From assembly GCA_964446585.1 (NCBI GenBank), contig CAYUPI010000002.1:40950-104949 (forward strand): a stretch of DNA of 64,000 nt, in the 5' to 3' direction. The notes beneath the pieces are model-generated. The model ran no database searches, was not told where the DNA came from, and worked only from the letters and a program-made list of their open reading frames with translations. The first letter of the stretch is position 1. Every line of letters starts with the position of its first letter. Positions 1 to 9,656 of the stretch are shown here, one piece after another. The position numbers and the translations under genes were made by a program. This DNA comes from an uncultured Verrucomicrobiota bacterium. GTDB lineage: Bacteria; Verrucomicrobiota; Verrucomicrobiia; Limisphaerales; UBA8199.

Positions 1-497
1 GTCAGCGGGCACCGTCCTCCCCTCCATTTCGCCTCGAACACCATCATCACCTTGCCGCGGGCGATGGCCTGATCGAAATTCGGCGGGAGAATGATGAATA
101 GCTCAGCCGGCTCACCGGCCACATCCCGCTGCAGCGCTGAGGGTTTCCTGGCCGGGGTGATTTGTCTCGACCGAGCCGTCGGCGAACCCGCCGGGGCTGT
201 CGCGACACCAGGTTGTTGCTGTTTCAACCAGTGCAATCCGACGGCGACGCCATGCGCGCAGATCGTTCCCCACTCGCGCGCTTCGCGGCAGGTGCAGAGG
301 TTTTCGATATCACTCTCGCTCTTGACCACCATCGAAGCGCGGAAAGAGGTCTCGCCCGCCTGCACGACCCCGCGCAACAGCGGGCGCGCCCAGTTGGAAC
401 TTAGCACCTGCCCCTGCTGTACGTAAGCGCGCGCGAGCTTCATGACCGCCCAACCGCCCGCCTTGCTCAGCAGGCTTTCTGAGAGTTCAACTGACAT
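1..497 (-). CDS. SWIM zinc-finger domain protein, N-terminal 165 aa only (gene runs off the window start)
   Basis: The minus-strand frame is open from the ATG at 495-497 down to position 1. The translation MSVELSESLLSKAGGWAVMKLARAYVQQGQVLSSNW...NLCTCREAREWGTICAHGVAV carries the CxC-x(n)-CxH SWIM signature. It is not in the ORF track because there is no stop codon inside the window. Confidence 0.5.
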   Translation of the reverse strand, partial: MSVELSESLLSKAGGWAVMKLARAYVQQGQVLSSNWARPLLRGVVQAGETSFRASMVVKSESDIENLCTCREAREWGTICAHGVAVGLHWLKQQQPGVATAPAGSPTARSRQITPARKPSALQRDVAGEPAELFIILPPNFDQAIARGKVMMVFEAKWRGGRCPL

Positions 498-508
498 CTA
501 TTCGGATT

Positions 509-1675
509 TCATACGCCCTTCAGCACCATCTCCTGAAGTTTTGCTTCGTCAACGTCCACACCCAGGCCTTCGCCGGTCGGCACGGCCAATTCGCCATTCT
601 TCGCGACGAACGGATTCTTTAGAACGCTGCCACTGAGAAACTGCGGCCCGTTCAAGGCCGCCGGATATTTCAATTCATAAGTCCCGTAAAGCGCCAGCGA
701 GGCAGCCAGAGATATGTCCGGGTCCGTCAGGCCGCTGCCCAGAAACCACAACCCAGCTCGCTGGACGAGTTCGATCTGGCGCCGCGCCTCCGTCAGGCCG
801 CCGACCCGCGCCAACTTGATCGCCACCCCGTCGAGCAGTTCGAGCTTGATGAACTCCTCCAACTCGACCGACGAGACAATCCCTTCATCCATGATGATAG
901 GCAGTGCGCCCTGCTGCTTCAACCGGCGATAGCCGGAGAGACGATTGGCCGGAAGCGGCTGTTCGAACACGGGCACGCCGAGGTCGGCGAGCCGCGGCGC
1001 CACGGCCAGAGCAGTTTCTTCGTCATAGCCGCCGTTGGCGTCGGCCCAAAGAAAGCCGGCGGGCGCAAGCCGTTTCACGAGCCGGCAGAGTTCGAGGTCG
1101 AAATTCGGATCGGGCGCGAGCTTGACGTTGAAATCCCGATAACCGCGAGCTTGACCCTGAGCGACGAGCGGCTCGACTTCATCCAGCGAGCGCGGGTTGA
1201 GCGTCCAACTGAGCGTGATCCGTTTATGGCCCTGACGACTCCAACGCTGCGCGGCAGACTGCCCGAGGAGCTTGCCCGACAAATCGAACAGAGCCAAATC
1301 TACTCCCGCCTTGCAGATCGGTTGGCCGGTGGAAAACGAAGGCGCAATGGCCCGGTTCATCGCCGCCTGAACACCCTCGACATCGAAAAGATCCTGGCCG
1401 ATCAACTCAGGTGCGAGGTAATGCGTGAGCGTCGAGTGCACCGTCTCCAGCGTCTCGTAACTCCACCGGGGCGACGGCCCGCTCTGACCCCAGCCAACCA
1501 CGCCATTGTCCGCCGTGATTTTCACCACCAAAGTGGCCCGCCCTGACACCCGTCCTACCGGACTTTCGAAAAACTTGAATCGGCCGACCACAGGGTAGCT
1601 GACGGGGAAGCTCTCGACTTTGGCAATCTTCACGTTGATGGGCGTACCAACAATCGTTGCTCGGAGCAAGGCCAT
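509..1675 (-). CDS. Mandelate racemase/muconate lactonizing enzyme family protein (enolase superfamily, dipeptide epimerase/OSBS-like)
   Basis: ORF 509..1693. The likely start is the MALLRATIVG methionine. Motifs KAGVDLALFDLSGK and DANGGY/IMDEG are typical of the MR/MLE family. Confidence 0.8.
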   Translation of the reverse strand: MALLRATIVGTPINVKIAKVESFPVSYPVVGRFKFFESPVGRVSGRATLVVKITADNGVVGWGQSGPSPRWSYETLETVHSTLTHYLAPELIGQDLFDVEGVQAAMNRAIAPSFSTGQPICKAGVDLALFDLSGKLLGQSAAQRWSRQGHKRITLSWTLNPRSLDEVEPLVAQGQARGYRDFNVKLAPDPNFDLELCRLVKRLAPAGFLWADANGGYDEETALAVAPRLADLGVPVFEQPLPANRLSGYRRLKQQGALPIIMDEGIVSSVELEEFIKLELLDGVAIKLARVGGLTEARRQIELVQRAGLWFLGSGLTDPDISLAASLALYGTYELKYPAALNGPQFLSGSVLKNPFVAKNGELAVPTGEGLGVDVDEAKLQEMVLKGV

Positions 1676-1740
1676 CACTGTGCAACAAGTCAAAAAATGT
1701 AGTCAAAAAGATTGGTGATTGGAGGATGAAGTTTTGCTAA

Positions 1741-2118
1741 ATGGATGCACATATGATTCGAGGATTACGAACCGTGGTTTATCACGTCACCGATCTGGCC
1801 AAAGCGAGGGCTTGGTATAATCGTGTTTTGGAGCAGGAGCCTTATTTCGATCAGCCGTTCTATGCTGGTTACTCGGTTGGAGGCTTCGAACTGGGCTTGG
1901 TTCCCGATGGCACGCCGGGTCCTGGGGGCACGGTCGCTTATTGGGGAGTGGCGGACGCCGCAGCCGCAGTGAAGCGATTGGAAGAATTGGGTGCTACAGT
2001 GCGTGAGCAGTTGCAGGACGTGGGCGAGGGCATCCGCGTGGCGACTGTCACAGACCCATTTGGCAACACTTTCGGCGTAATTGAAAACCCGCACTTTTCT
2101 GTCGAGAAGGTGCGATGA
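1741..2118 (+). CDS. VOC family protein (glyoxalase/bleomycin-resistance/dioxygenase fold)
   Basis: 125 aa. VYHVTDLAKARAWY...GGFELGL...DPFGNTFGV matches the typical glyoxalase-like betaalphabetabetabeta module. Confidence 0.7.
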   Translation: MDAHMIRGLRTVVYHVTDLAKARAWYNRVLEQEPYFDQPFYAGYSVGGFELGLVPDGTPGPGGTVAYWGVADAAAAVKRLEELGATVREQLQDVGEGIRVATVTDPFGNTFGVIENPHFSVEKVR

Positions 2119-2181
2119 TGCCGACAGGCACGGCAACCAATTGCTGCTTGATTTGCACCTCATCGCGATTACTTTCTGCAC

Positions 2182-5100
2182 ATGCTCAATACCCGAGTTT
2201 CAAAGCAACGCTCCTTGATCGCCATCGCTTTTTTCCTGGCCGCAGCGTCGTCTCTCGTCGCCGGTGAAGCCGGTCGTTACGAAGGCGGCAAGTGGGCTTT
2301 CCTGGACACAAAACGCGTGCTCGCGGCGGCGGCAGAGATCACACTAAAGAACTATCCCGATTGCGACGAGGCAACAGTTGACAAGAAAATGGTGCGTGTC
2401 TATCGGCCGGACGGGACCGGCGAGTGCCAGGATGAGAGTTTCGTCAAGGTGCTGACCGAAAAAGGAAAGCGGAACAACCGCAGCCTCGCGCTCTATTACA
2501 TGCTGCCATATTCGACCGCAGAGGCGGTGAAAATCGAAGTGATCAAGCCCTCGGGCGAAGCTGTCCCGGTGGACGTGGCTGCCAATTCGAAGGAGATGAT
2601 CGACGACAGCCAAATGGGGATGAACATCTACGATCCGAACAGCAAGATTTTGCGTGTGAACATCCCCAAAGTGGAAATCGACGACATCGTCCACTCAATC
2701 ATGCGCACGACAATCCAGCGCCCGATTATTCCCGGTGAGTTTTCCGACGACAACGTGTTCGAGGGGCCAGGGTACACCCGACATTTGATTTACGAAATTT
2801 ATTCGCCAAGCGCGAAGCCGCTGAAGCGGATCGTATTGCGTGACGAAATCAAGGGCACAGTGAAGCGTTCGAAGAAAGCGTTCGGGAACCAGGAGACGGT
2901 CTATCGTTGGGAGGTTAGAAATGTGCCGCGGATGTTCGATGAGCCTTCGATGCCGCCTTATGAAATTGTTCTTCAACGCCTGCTGGTCAGCACCACGCCG
3001 GATTGGCAGGCCGTGTCCAAATGGTACTGGGAGGTTTGCAAACCGCACCTCGAGGCCACGACGCCCGAAATGCAAAAGACCGTTGACAAGCTTACGGCCG
3101 GGGCCGGCAGCGACATGGACAAAATCAAGGTAGTCTTTTACGACGTCGCGCAAAAGATCCGCTATATGGGCCTGACGCCGGAAAAGGACCGGCCCGGTTT
3201 CGAGCCGCATGACGTAAAACTGACGTTCGATAATAAGTATGGGGTTTGCCGGGACAAAGCCGCCCTCCTCGTGGCGATGCTGCAAGCGGCCGGGTTCCAG
3301 GCTTATCCGGTGCTGGTAAACGTGGGTGCCAAGAGGGACTCGGACGTGCCGGAGCCATCCTTTAATCATGCGATCGTCGGGGTTGAGCTCAAGAACCGCG
3401 AGCACGTGTTGATGGATCCGACGGCGGAAAATACCAAGGACCTGCTGCCATCGTACGAATGCGACCAGAGCTACCTGCTCTGCCGGCCCGATGGCGACAC
3501 GCTCCGAACCACCCCGATCATGCCGCCCGAACAGAACCTGATGCGCGTCAAGACCACCGCCACGTTGAACGCCGCGGGCATGCTCGAAGCCAGGTCCGAA
3601 CTCGCGTTCGACGGCATCAATGACAACGCCTATCGCGAAATGTTCTCGCGCATGAAGCCCGACGACAAACGGAGATTCTTCGAGCGCAGCCTCAAACGAA
3701 CCATGCCTGGCGCGCGTTTGACCTCATTGAAAATCATTCCTGAGGACGTCCGGGACGTGTCGGCGGAACTGCGCGCCGAGCTGCAGTTCTCCGTGGATGG
3801 CATGACAGCCTCAGGCGAGGGCAAGTCGATCGTCAACTTGCCGTGGATCGGCAAGAGCATGGGCGTGGTGAATTTCATCTTGAGTGGCGCCGGCCTCGAA
3901 AAGCGCAAATATCCTTTTCGCACTGAAATCGCCTGCGGCCTGACCGAGGAAATTTCCCTCAAACTAACCGATGGTTTCGAAGGCGCGGTGTCGATCCCGT
4001 CCTATTCGCCCATCGAGGATCCGTCAATGAGTTATCATCGGCGAGTCGAGTTCAAGGACCACGCGCTGGCGTGCACCGACGAGCTGAATCTGAAAACCGT
4101 CGAATTCACGCCCGAGCAATATCAAACGCTCAAACGGAGCCTCAAGGCCATGGATTACGACGAGCGCAAAGCCCCGGTCATGGCCATCTCCGGCTCGACG
4201 CTTGCCAAACTCGTCGAGAGGAACTCATCGGCCAATCCCGGCGTGGAATCGAACGCGCGAATTGTGGAGAGCCGCAAGGAACTCGAAATCAAAGATGCTC
4301 ACAGCGCGGTCCTGAAGGCAAAATACGTGAAGCAAGTGCTCACGTACAGCGGCAAGAAAAACGAGGCGGAATTCAAATTCTCCTACAACCCGGCTTGCGA
4401 AGAGGCGAAGTTGATCAACGCCGTCGTGATCTCCAAGGCCGGCCAGCGACAGCAGATCGCCACCAACGAAATCAACGTGATGGATGCCGGCTGGAACGCT
4501 TCCGCCAAACGCTACACCGGCGGCAAAATTCTAGTGGCAAATTTGCCCGGCGTGGACATCGGCTCCACCATCGAGGTCGAGTATCAGCTCACGACACGAG
4601 GAAAGCCTTACGTTTCCGGCTTTGAATCGTTCCAAACGATGGATGAACTGGACCGGAAAACACTTCAGTTGACGGCGCCAGCCGACGTGCGTGTGCAGAC
4701 TTTTGTGACCGGGACAGCCGGAATCGTTAAGGAAGAGACCAATGCCGCCTCAGGAGCGCAACACTTCCAGTGGCAGGCGGAAAAAGTCAAAGCATTGCCC
4801 GCCGAAGCCCAACTGCCTCCGGAATGGGTCTATATGGCGGGCGTTGAGTATTTCGCCGGTGACCTCAAGTCCTATTTGAAGGAATTGAACGAAATCATGC
4901 TGGACCGCTCTCGGAAAGGTACGAAGGCCGCTGAGAGTGCGCGAAAACTTGCAGCGCAGGCCAAAAGCAAAACGGAAACTGTCAAAGCCATTCGCGACTA
5001 TGTTGCCAAGTCCATCCGCGTGGCCGGGCCGTCATTCACCGAGCTGCCGCTCAGTGAATTGTCTCCTGCCGACACGACGCTGGCCGATGGCTACGGACAC

Positions 5101-6060
5101 CTGGCCGACCGCGCAATTCTCTTGCACTCAATGCTCGCCGCAGCCGGATTTCAGCCCGAGTTCGTCATGGCCTCGGGTCTTCCGCCCATTGCCGGTATCA
5201 CCAACGTCACCGCCTCGTTTCCGCTGCCTCAGACGTTCCAAACGCCCCTGGTGAAAATTGCCGTTGAAGGCGGGACCTATTACTTGAACGACACCGATCA
5301 GTACGCGCGGCTCGGCTCGACGGCCAACGACGGCCGCCTGGCCATCGCGCTGCCCGGCCAGTCGTTCGAAGTGGTCCACGCGGCTCGCGATTGCAGCGAC
5401 AAGATGGAAACGACCTATACCCTGTCGCTTAGCGATCAGGGCAAGACGCGAGTGGGAATCTCACGTGAATACTACGGCGCCAACTATAACGCCAAGAACC
5501 ACTATTTCTCGGAATTGCCCCCCGAAGAGCGCAAGCACTTTTTCCAGGAGGCAGTTTCCGCCGTGGCCCAGGGCGCGCGACCCATTGGGGATTTGACTAC
5601 GAAATTCGACCGCTATCCCGGCCTCGAACAATTCACTGTCGAGATCGACAACTACAACGTCGTGGATGGGAAATACTCCTACTTCGATCTGCCCTTTACG
5701 CCTTCGTTGTTTCCTCTGGGAGCGGATCAACGCACTTTGCCGTTGTTTGTCTCTCGTCAGAGCGAACGTACGTATCGCACCGAGATCGAGCTGCCCGCGA
5801 GCTTTCGGCAAATCGACATCGCGCCGCCGAGCGAAAACCTCGTGGCGCCCGATGGCGCCGGCATGGCCAGGATTACCTCGATGGATTCCTCCGGCAAACG
5901 TGTGATCACTCACGAGCTCGCAACTTTCCCCGCGATTATCCGCGCGCAAGATTATCCCGCCATGCTGGACATCGAAGCTGCGCTGGGCAAAAAGTCATCG
6001 AAATCCTTTCTCCTGGAAGCAACTGGACCCGTCGGCGGCGCAGGCGCAAGGCAGAATTGA
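2182..6060 (+). CDS. Large secreted DUF3857/transglutaminase-like domain protein with an internal tandem duplication
   Basis: 1292 aa with a signal peptide. The first copy has a transglutaminase-like core, YGVCRDKAALLVAMLQAAGFQAYPV...FNHAIVGVE...VLMDPT. The second copy is degenerate, YGHLADRAILLHSMLAAAGFQPEFV, and lacks the catalytic Cys. Confidence 0.8.
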   Translation: MLNTRVSKQRSLIAIAFFLAAASSLVAGEAGRYEGGKWAFLDTKRVLAAAAEITLKNYPDCDEATVDKKMVRVYRPDGTGECQDESFVKVLTEKGKRNNRSLALYYMLPYSTAEAVKIEVIKPSGEAVPVDVAANSKEMIDDSQMGMNIYDPNSKILRVNIPKVEIDDIVHSIMRTTIQRPIIPGEFSDDNVFEGPGYTRHLIYEIYSPSAKPLKRIVLRDEIKGTVKRSKKAFGNQETVYRWEVRNVPRMFDEPSMPPYEIVLQRLLVSTTPDWQAVSKWYWEVCKPHLEATTPEMQKTVDKLTAGAGSDMDKIKVVFYDVAQKIRYMGLTPEKDRPGFEPHDVKLTFDNKYGVCRDKAALLVAMLQAAGFQAYPVLVNVGAKRDSDVPEPSFNHAIVGVELKNREHVLMDPTAENTKDLLPSYECDQSYLLCRPDGDTLRTTPIMPPEQNLMRVKTTATLNAAGMLEARSELAFDGINDNAYREMFSRMKPDDKRRFFERSLKRTMPGARLTSLKIIPEDVRDVSAELRAELQFSVDGMTASGEGKSIVNLPWIGKSMGVVNFILSGAGLEKRKYPFRTEIACGLTEEISLKLTDGFEGAVSIPSYSPIEDPSMSYHRRVEFKDHALACTDELNLKTVEFTPEQYQTLKRSLKAMDYDERKAPVMAISGSTLAKLVERNSSANPGVESNARIVESRKELEIKDAHSAVLKAKYVKQVLTYSGKKNEAEFKFSYNPACEEAKLINAVVISKAGQRQQIATNEINVMDAGWNASAKRYTGGKILVANLPGVDIGSTIEVEYQLTTRGKPYVSGFESFQTMDELDRKTLQLTAPADVRVQTFVTGTAGIVKEETNAASGAQHFQWQAEKVKALPAEAQLPPEWVYMAGVEYFAGDLKSYLKELNEIMLDRSRKGTKAAESARKLAAQAKSKTETVKAIRDYVAKSIRVAGPSFTELPLSELSPADTTLADGYGHLADRAILLHSMLAAAGFQPEFVMASGLPPIAGITNVTASFPLPQTFQTPLVKIAVEGGTYYLNDTDQYARLGSTANDGRLAIALPGQSFEVVHAARDCSDKMETTYTLSLSDQGKTRVGISREYYGANYNAKNHYFSELPPEERKHFFQEAVSAVAQGARPIGDLTTKFDRYPGLEQFTVEIDNYNVVDGKYSYFDLPFTPSLFPLGADQRTLPLFVSRQSERTYRTEIELPASFRQIDIAPPSENLVAPDGAGMARITSMDSSGKRVITHELATFPAIIRAQDYPAMLDIEAALGKKSSKSFLLEATGPVGGAGARQN

Positions 6061-6160
6061 TCGTGGGCCCGGGCCGCTCCAGCGAGCGCGAAGCGAATTA
6101 TTCACGCTCCTGACTTACATCAGCCTGGCGGCTTGGTTGCTGTGACCTCCCGGTAAAAAC

Positions 6161-6238
6161 TGGTCGGAGCGACAGGATTTGAACCTGCGACGTCTTGGTC
6201 CCAAACCAAGTGCTCTAGCCAGGCTGAGCTACGCTCCG
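6161..6238 (-). tRNA. tRNA-Pro (anticodon UGG)
   Basis: The reverse complement is CGGAGCG TA GCTC AGCCTGGCTA GAGC A CTTGG TTTGGGA CCAAG ACGTC GCAGG TTCAAAT CCTGT CGCTCCG A CCA. It has a 7-bp acceptor stem, an anticodon loop UU-UGG-GA with G37, a T-loop TTCAAAT and an encoded CCA. It is 78 nt long. Confidence 0.85.
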
Positions 6239-6349
6239 AACGGGAGTTGAATATCTCATAACCCTGGAGTCGCGCAAGCTTAATTGCCCGGCGCATTGCT
6301 CCGCGTGTTGTCGAAGAAGCGAAAAAACAACGCCCGACACAGCCTCTCA

Positions 6350-6847
6350 TCACCAGCGACCCCAGCGATGATAATAGAACACCGGAGGACCGAAGTAGAT
6401 TCTGGAGCCATAATAAACCGGCGGCCCATAATAGACCGGCGGCCCGTAATACGGTTGCTCGTAAGGGTTCGGTCCCGGCGGCTGACTCATGTCGAACACA
6501 ATCTTGCGAGGAATCCGATCCTCAGGCGTGAACAAGTGGCCCGTCCGGAAGACCGCGGTCTGAACAAACTGGTTGGTGTTAAGCGGGAAAGCCTGAATGA
6601 TGTAGTAATAGGAACCGAAGTCATGAAAGGTCCCGTCCGGGTCGCCAAAGATTTTCAGCGTCAAAGGCGTCGTCCCGATGTATTGGCGATTGGCTTCAAT
6701 TTTCACGCCAGGTTCGGAAGATTCAATTTCGACCAGGTAGGCCATCGTGCCGTGCGGACCGCGCTCCGCGCCCGGCGGGATCGTATCACACCCGGCTAAG
6801 ATACCGATGAGCGCGGCGCCGCCGGCAAGAATCGAAATAGCTCTCAT
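6350..6847 (-). CDS. Hypothetical lipoprotein with a Tyr/Pro-rich C-terminal repeat
   Basis: Signal peptide and lipobox MRAISILAGGAALIGILAGC. The C-terminus is PYEQPYYGPPVYYGPPVYYGSRIYFGPPVFYY. Confidence 0.55.
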   Translation of the reverse strand: MRAISILAGGAALIGILAGCDTIPPGAERGPHGTMAYLVEIESSEPGVKIEANRQYIGTTPLTLKIFGDPDGTFHDFGSYYYIIQAFPLNTNQFVQTAVFRTGHLFTPEDRIPRKIVFDMSQPPGPNPYEQPYYGPPVYYGPPVYYGSRIYFGPPVFYYHRWGRW

Positions 6848-6997
6848 AGATAGACTGGTTTCACTTTCCACAAATAGCTTCGCTCAGCCGGTCGCCGTTT
6901 GCAAGCCGCTGGGCCTCGAGTTTTGTTGCTGGCAGTTGTCGGCCGTTAGGCGCTCGACTTTCACCAGCACGAAAGCAATCCTGCTTGCAATCTGACC

Positions 6998-7765
6998 ATG
7001 AATCTTGCCGTTGAGACCGCAGGGTTGACACGCCAGTTCGGCGACCTGCGCGCGGTGGATGCGATCGATTTGCGAGTCGAACGCGGCACCTTTTACGGCT
7101 TTCTTGGCCCGAATGGCGCGGGCAAATCCACCACTATCAAGATGTTGACCGGCTTGCTGGCGCCGACGTCAGGCACCATGCGGCTGTTGGGGGAGGACCT
7201 CGCGCAACCGGCTCAGGCCCTGGCCGTCAAGCAGCGCCTCGGTGTCGTGCCGGAAAACCTGGGTTTATTTGACAATCTGACCGGCCGAGAATATCTGACG
7301 TTCATCGGCCGGATGTATCTGTTGCCGCGCGAGGTCGCGCGCGAGCGCACCGACGAGCTGTTGGCGATGATGGACCTGGCGAAGGAAGAGAAAAAGCTCG
7401 CGCTCGAATATTCGCATGGGATGAGGAAGAAGCTGGCCCTGGCGGCCGCCTTGCTGCCCAACCCCGAACTGCTATTTCTGGATGAGCCCTTTGAAGGCAT
7501 CGACGCGGTCGCTTCGCGCGTGATCCGCGACGTGCTCAAGCGCGCGGTCGAACGCGGCGCGACGGTATTTCTCACCTCGCACGTGCTGGAAATCGTCGAA
7601 CGCCTCTGCACGCACGTCGGCATTATCGCCAAAGGTAAGTTGGTCTGCCAGGAGTCGATGGCCGAATTGCGCGGTAACGGCTCGCTGGAAGAGCGGTTTC
7701 TGGAAGTCGTCGGCGCCGGGCAGATCGAGGGCCAGAAACTGAGCTGGCTCACGGGAGACCCATGA
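6998..7765 (+). CDS. ABC transporter ATP-binding protein
   Basis: Walker A GPNGAGKST, ABC signature HGMRKKLALA and Walker B LLFLDEP. Confidence 0.9.
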   Translation: MNLAVETAGLTRQFGDLRAVDAIDLRVERGTFYGFLGPNGAGKSTTIKMLTGLLAPTSGTMRLLGEDLAQPAQALAVKQRLGVVPENLGLFDNLTGREYLTFIGRMYLLPREVARERTDELLAMMDLAKEEKKLALEYSHGMRKKLALAAALLPNPELLFLDEPFEGIDAVASRVIRDVLKRAVERGATVFLTSHVLEIVERLCTHVGIIAKGKLVCQESMAELRGNGSLEERFLEVVGAGQIEGQKLSWLTGDP

Positions 7766-9504
7766 ACTGGGCGCAACTGCGAGCAATTCTCTGGCTGCGC
7801 TGGCGACTGACACGAAATCAATTTTCACGCGGCGGCCAGCTCAATGCCGTATTGTCGGTGCTCTTCGCGGCATTGCTGCTGATGGCGGCCACTCTGCTGG
7901 GCATCGCCGGCATTTTTATTGGCGCCTTTGTCGCTGCCAAAGCTTCCTCCCGGACACTGCTGCTGATCTGGGACGGTGTCATCTTCGGCTTCCTCTTTAT
8001 TTGGCTGCTCGGAATTGTTGTCGAAATCCAGCGCTCCGAGAGTATCGACGTGACGCGACTGCTCCATCTGCCGGTCACGCTCCCGCAAGTGTTCGGGTTC
8101 AACTTTGCCGTCTCGCATTTTACTCCGCCGTTCGTCCTGCTGCTGCCGGGCATGGTCGGGCTGTACCTGGGTTTGACTTTCAGCGTGGGCTGGGTGATGG
8201 CGCCGCTGCTGGCGGTTGTGCTGAGCTTGATGTTTCTGATCACGGCGTGGACTTATTGCCTGCGCGGGTGGCTTTCGGCGCTGATGGTCAACAAACGACG
8301 ACGACGGGCCGTTATTGTTTGGATCACCCTCCTGGTCGTGCTGATCGGGCAGTTGCCGAATCTGCTGGTTCATTCACCCGCTTTTCTCAAAAACCGGCGT
8401 CAACCCCAGCCCTCGGCCCAGGGTGAGGCGAAGGGGAGCCAACCGGCGGACGCGCAACGCAGACCCGAACTGCCTGAATGGTTTTTTCAGGCGCACGTCG
8501 CAGTTCCACCTGCCTGGGTCGGTTACTGTGCGATGGAGTTAAAGGAGAATCGGCTGACGCCGGCGCTGGCCGCGACAACAGCGGCGTTGCTCATCGGAGC
8601 CCTGGGCTTGCTCCGCGCCTATCGGCTGACACTCAGGTTTTATCTCGGGGCCGATGAGCGAATTCGGGTCAAACCAAGCCGACCGACACATCCAAGGGCG
8701 GCCGGGCGCTTGCTATTGGAACGATCCTTGCCCGGACTTCCCGACGATACCGCCGGCCTGGTGCTGGCAACCTTCCGTTCTCTGTTGCGCGCTCCAGAAA
8801 TGAAAATGGCGGCGGTCATGCCGATAGCGTTTGGAATCGTCGCTCTCTCGTTGAGCTTCAGATTGCCCAAGGGCCGAGTCCCGGGTCGCTGGTCCGAGCT
8901 GGCGGCGACGGCGGCCGTCGTGCTGGTCGGCTTTTCTTTGGGACCCGCGATGTCGAATGTGTTTGGGCTAGACCGGGACAGCTTCCGCTCTCTGGTCCTG
9001 CTGCCAACGAGGCGCCACCACATTCTGCTCGCCAAGAACCTGGCCTACTTTCCATTTGCGGCCGTGGCAGGCCTTCTGATGTTGGCGGTGGCTGCATGGC
9101 GGGCCCATCTCTCATTCAGCGCGTTTGCGACCGGGCTGGTGCAGTTGCCCACGTGTTTCCTGCTGTTTTGCGTCTTCTGTAACCTTTGTTCAATCCTGGT
9201 GCCCTTTCGACTCACGCCTGGAACGCTCCAGGCCAAGAAACCCAAGCCCATCGTATTCGTCGCCATAATGTGCGTTATGTTAATGGCGCCTATGGCGATG
9301 CCACTTATCCTGATCCCACCTGGTTTGCATCTGCTGTTCACCAACCTGGGCTGGGTGCCCTGGCTGCCGGTGAATTTCGTCTCAGCATTAGTGGTTCTTG
9401 CTGGCGTGCTCGGTCTGTATGGGGCCTTGCTCCCGCTCCAGGGGCGGCTGCTGGAGAAGCGAGAGCAGATTATCCTGCGCGAGGTGACCGAGGAAGTCGA
9501 ATAA
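7762..9504 (+). CDS. ABC-2-type transporter permease-like polytopic membrane protein
   Basis: 580 aa and highly hydrophobic. Its start overlaps the upstream ATPase stop (ATGA), which suggests translational coupling. Confidence 0.6.
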   Translation: MNWAQLRAILWLRWRLTRNQFSRGGQLNAVLSVLFAALLLMAATLLGIAGIFIGAFVAAKASSRTLLLIWDGVIFGFLFIWLLGIVVEIQRSESIDVTRLLHLPVTLPQVFGFNFAVSHFTPPFVLLLPGMVGLYLGLTFSVGWVMAPLLAVVLSLMFLITAWTYCLRGWLSALMVNKRRRRAVIVWITLLVVLIGQLPNLLVHSPAFLKNRRQPQPSAQGEAKGSQPADAQRRPELPEWFFQAHVAVPPAWVGYCAMELKENRLTPALAATTAALLIGALGLLRAYRLTLRFYLGADERIRVKPSRPTHPRAAGRLLLERSLPGLPDDTAGLVLATFRSLLRAPEMKMAAVMPIAFGIVALSLSFRLPKGRVPGRWSELAATAAVVLVGFSLGPAMSNVFGLDRDSFRSLVLLPTRRHHILLAKNLAYFPFAAVAGLLMLAVAAWRAHLSFSAFATGLVQLPTCFLLFCVFCNLCSILVPFRLTPGTLQAKKPKPIVFVAIMCVMLMAPMAMPLILIPPGLHLLFTNLGWVPWLPVNFVSALVVLAGVLGLYGALLPLQGRLLEKREQIILREVTEEVE

Positions 9505-9514
9505 CGCTCCACTC

Positions 9515-9553
9515 CCTGTTCCATTGGTGTTTATTAGCGAATTAGCGGTTTGA
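9515..9553 (+). promoter_or_regulatory. Conserved roughly 40-nt motif upstream of the PfkB kinase gene, first of two copies
   Basis: CTGTTCCATTGGTGTTTATTAGCGAATTAGCGGTTTGA. The second copy is at 43907..43946. Confidence 0.3.
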
Positions 9554-9656
9554 CTGCGGCGTTCCGGATAAATTCCGCGCCCCGCCGGCGTTCGCCGAGG
9601 CCTTGCGGAAGATTTTCAGCGCGACATCGCGCGGATTTCCGTGCAGTCTCGCCGCG

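Noticed and set aside
6161-6238. tRNA-Pro as a genomic-island integration site
   Set aside because: No integrase, direct repeat of the tRNA 3' end, or composition shift was seen next to it.
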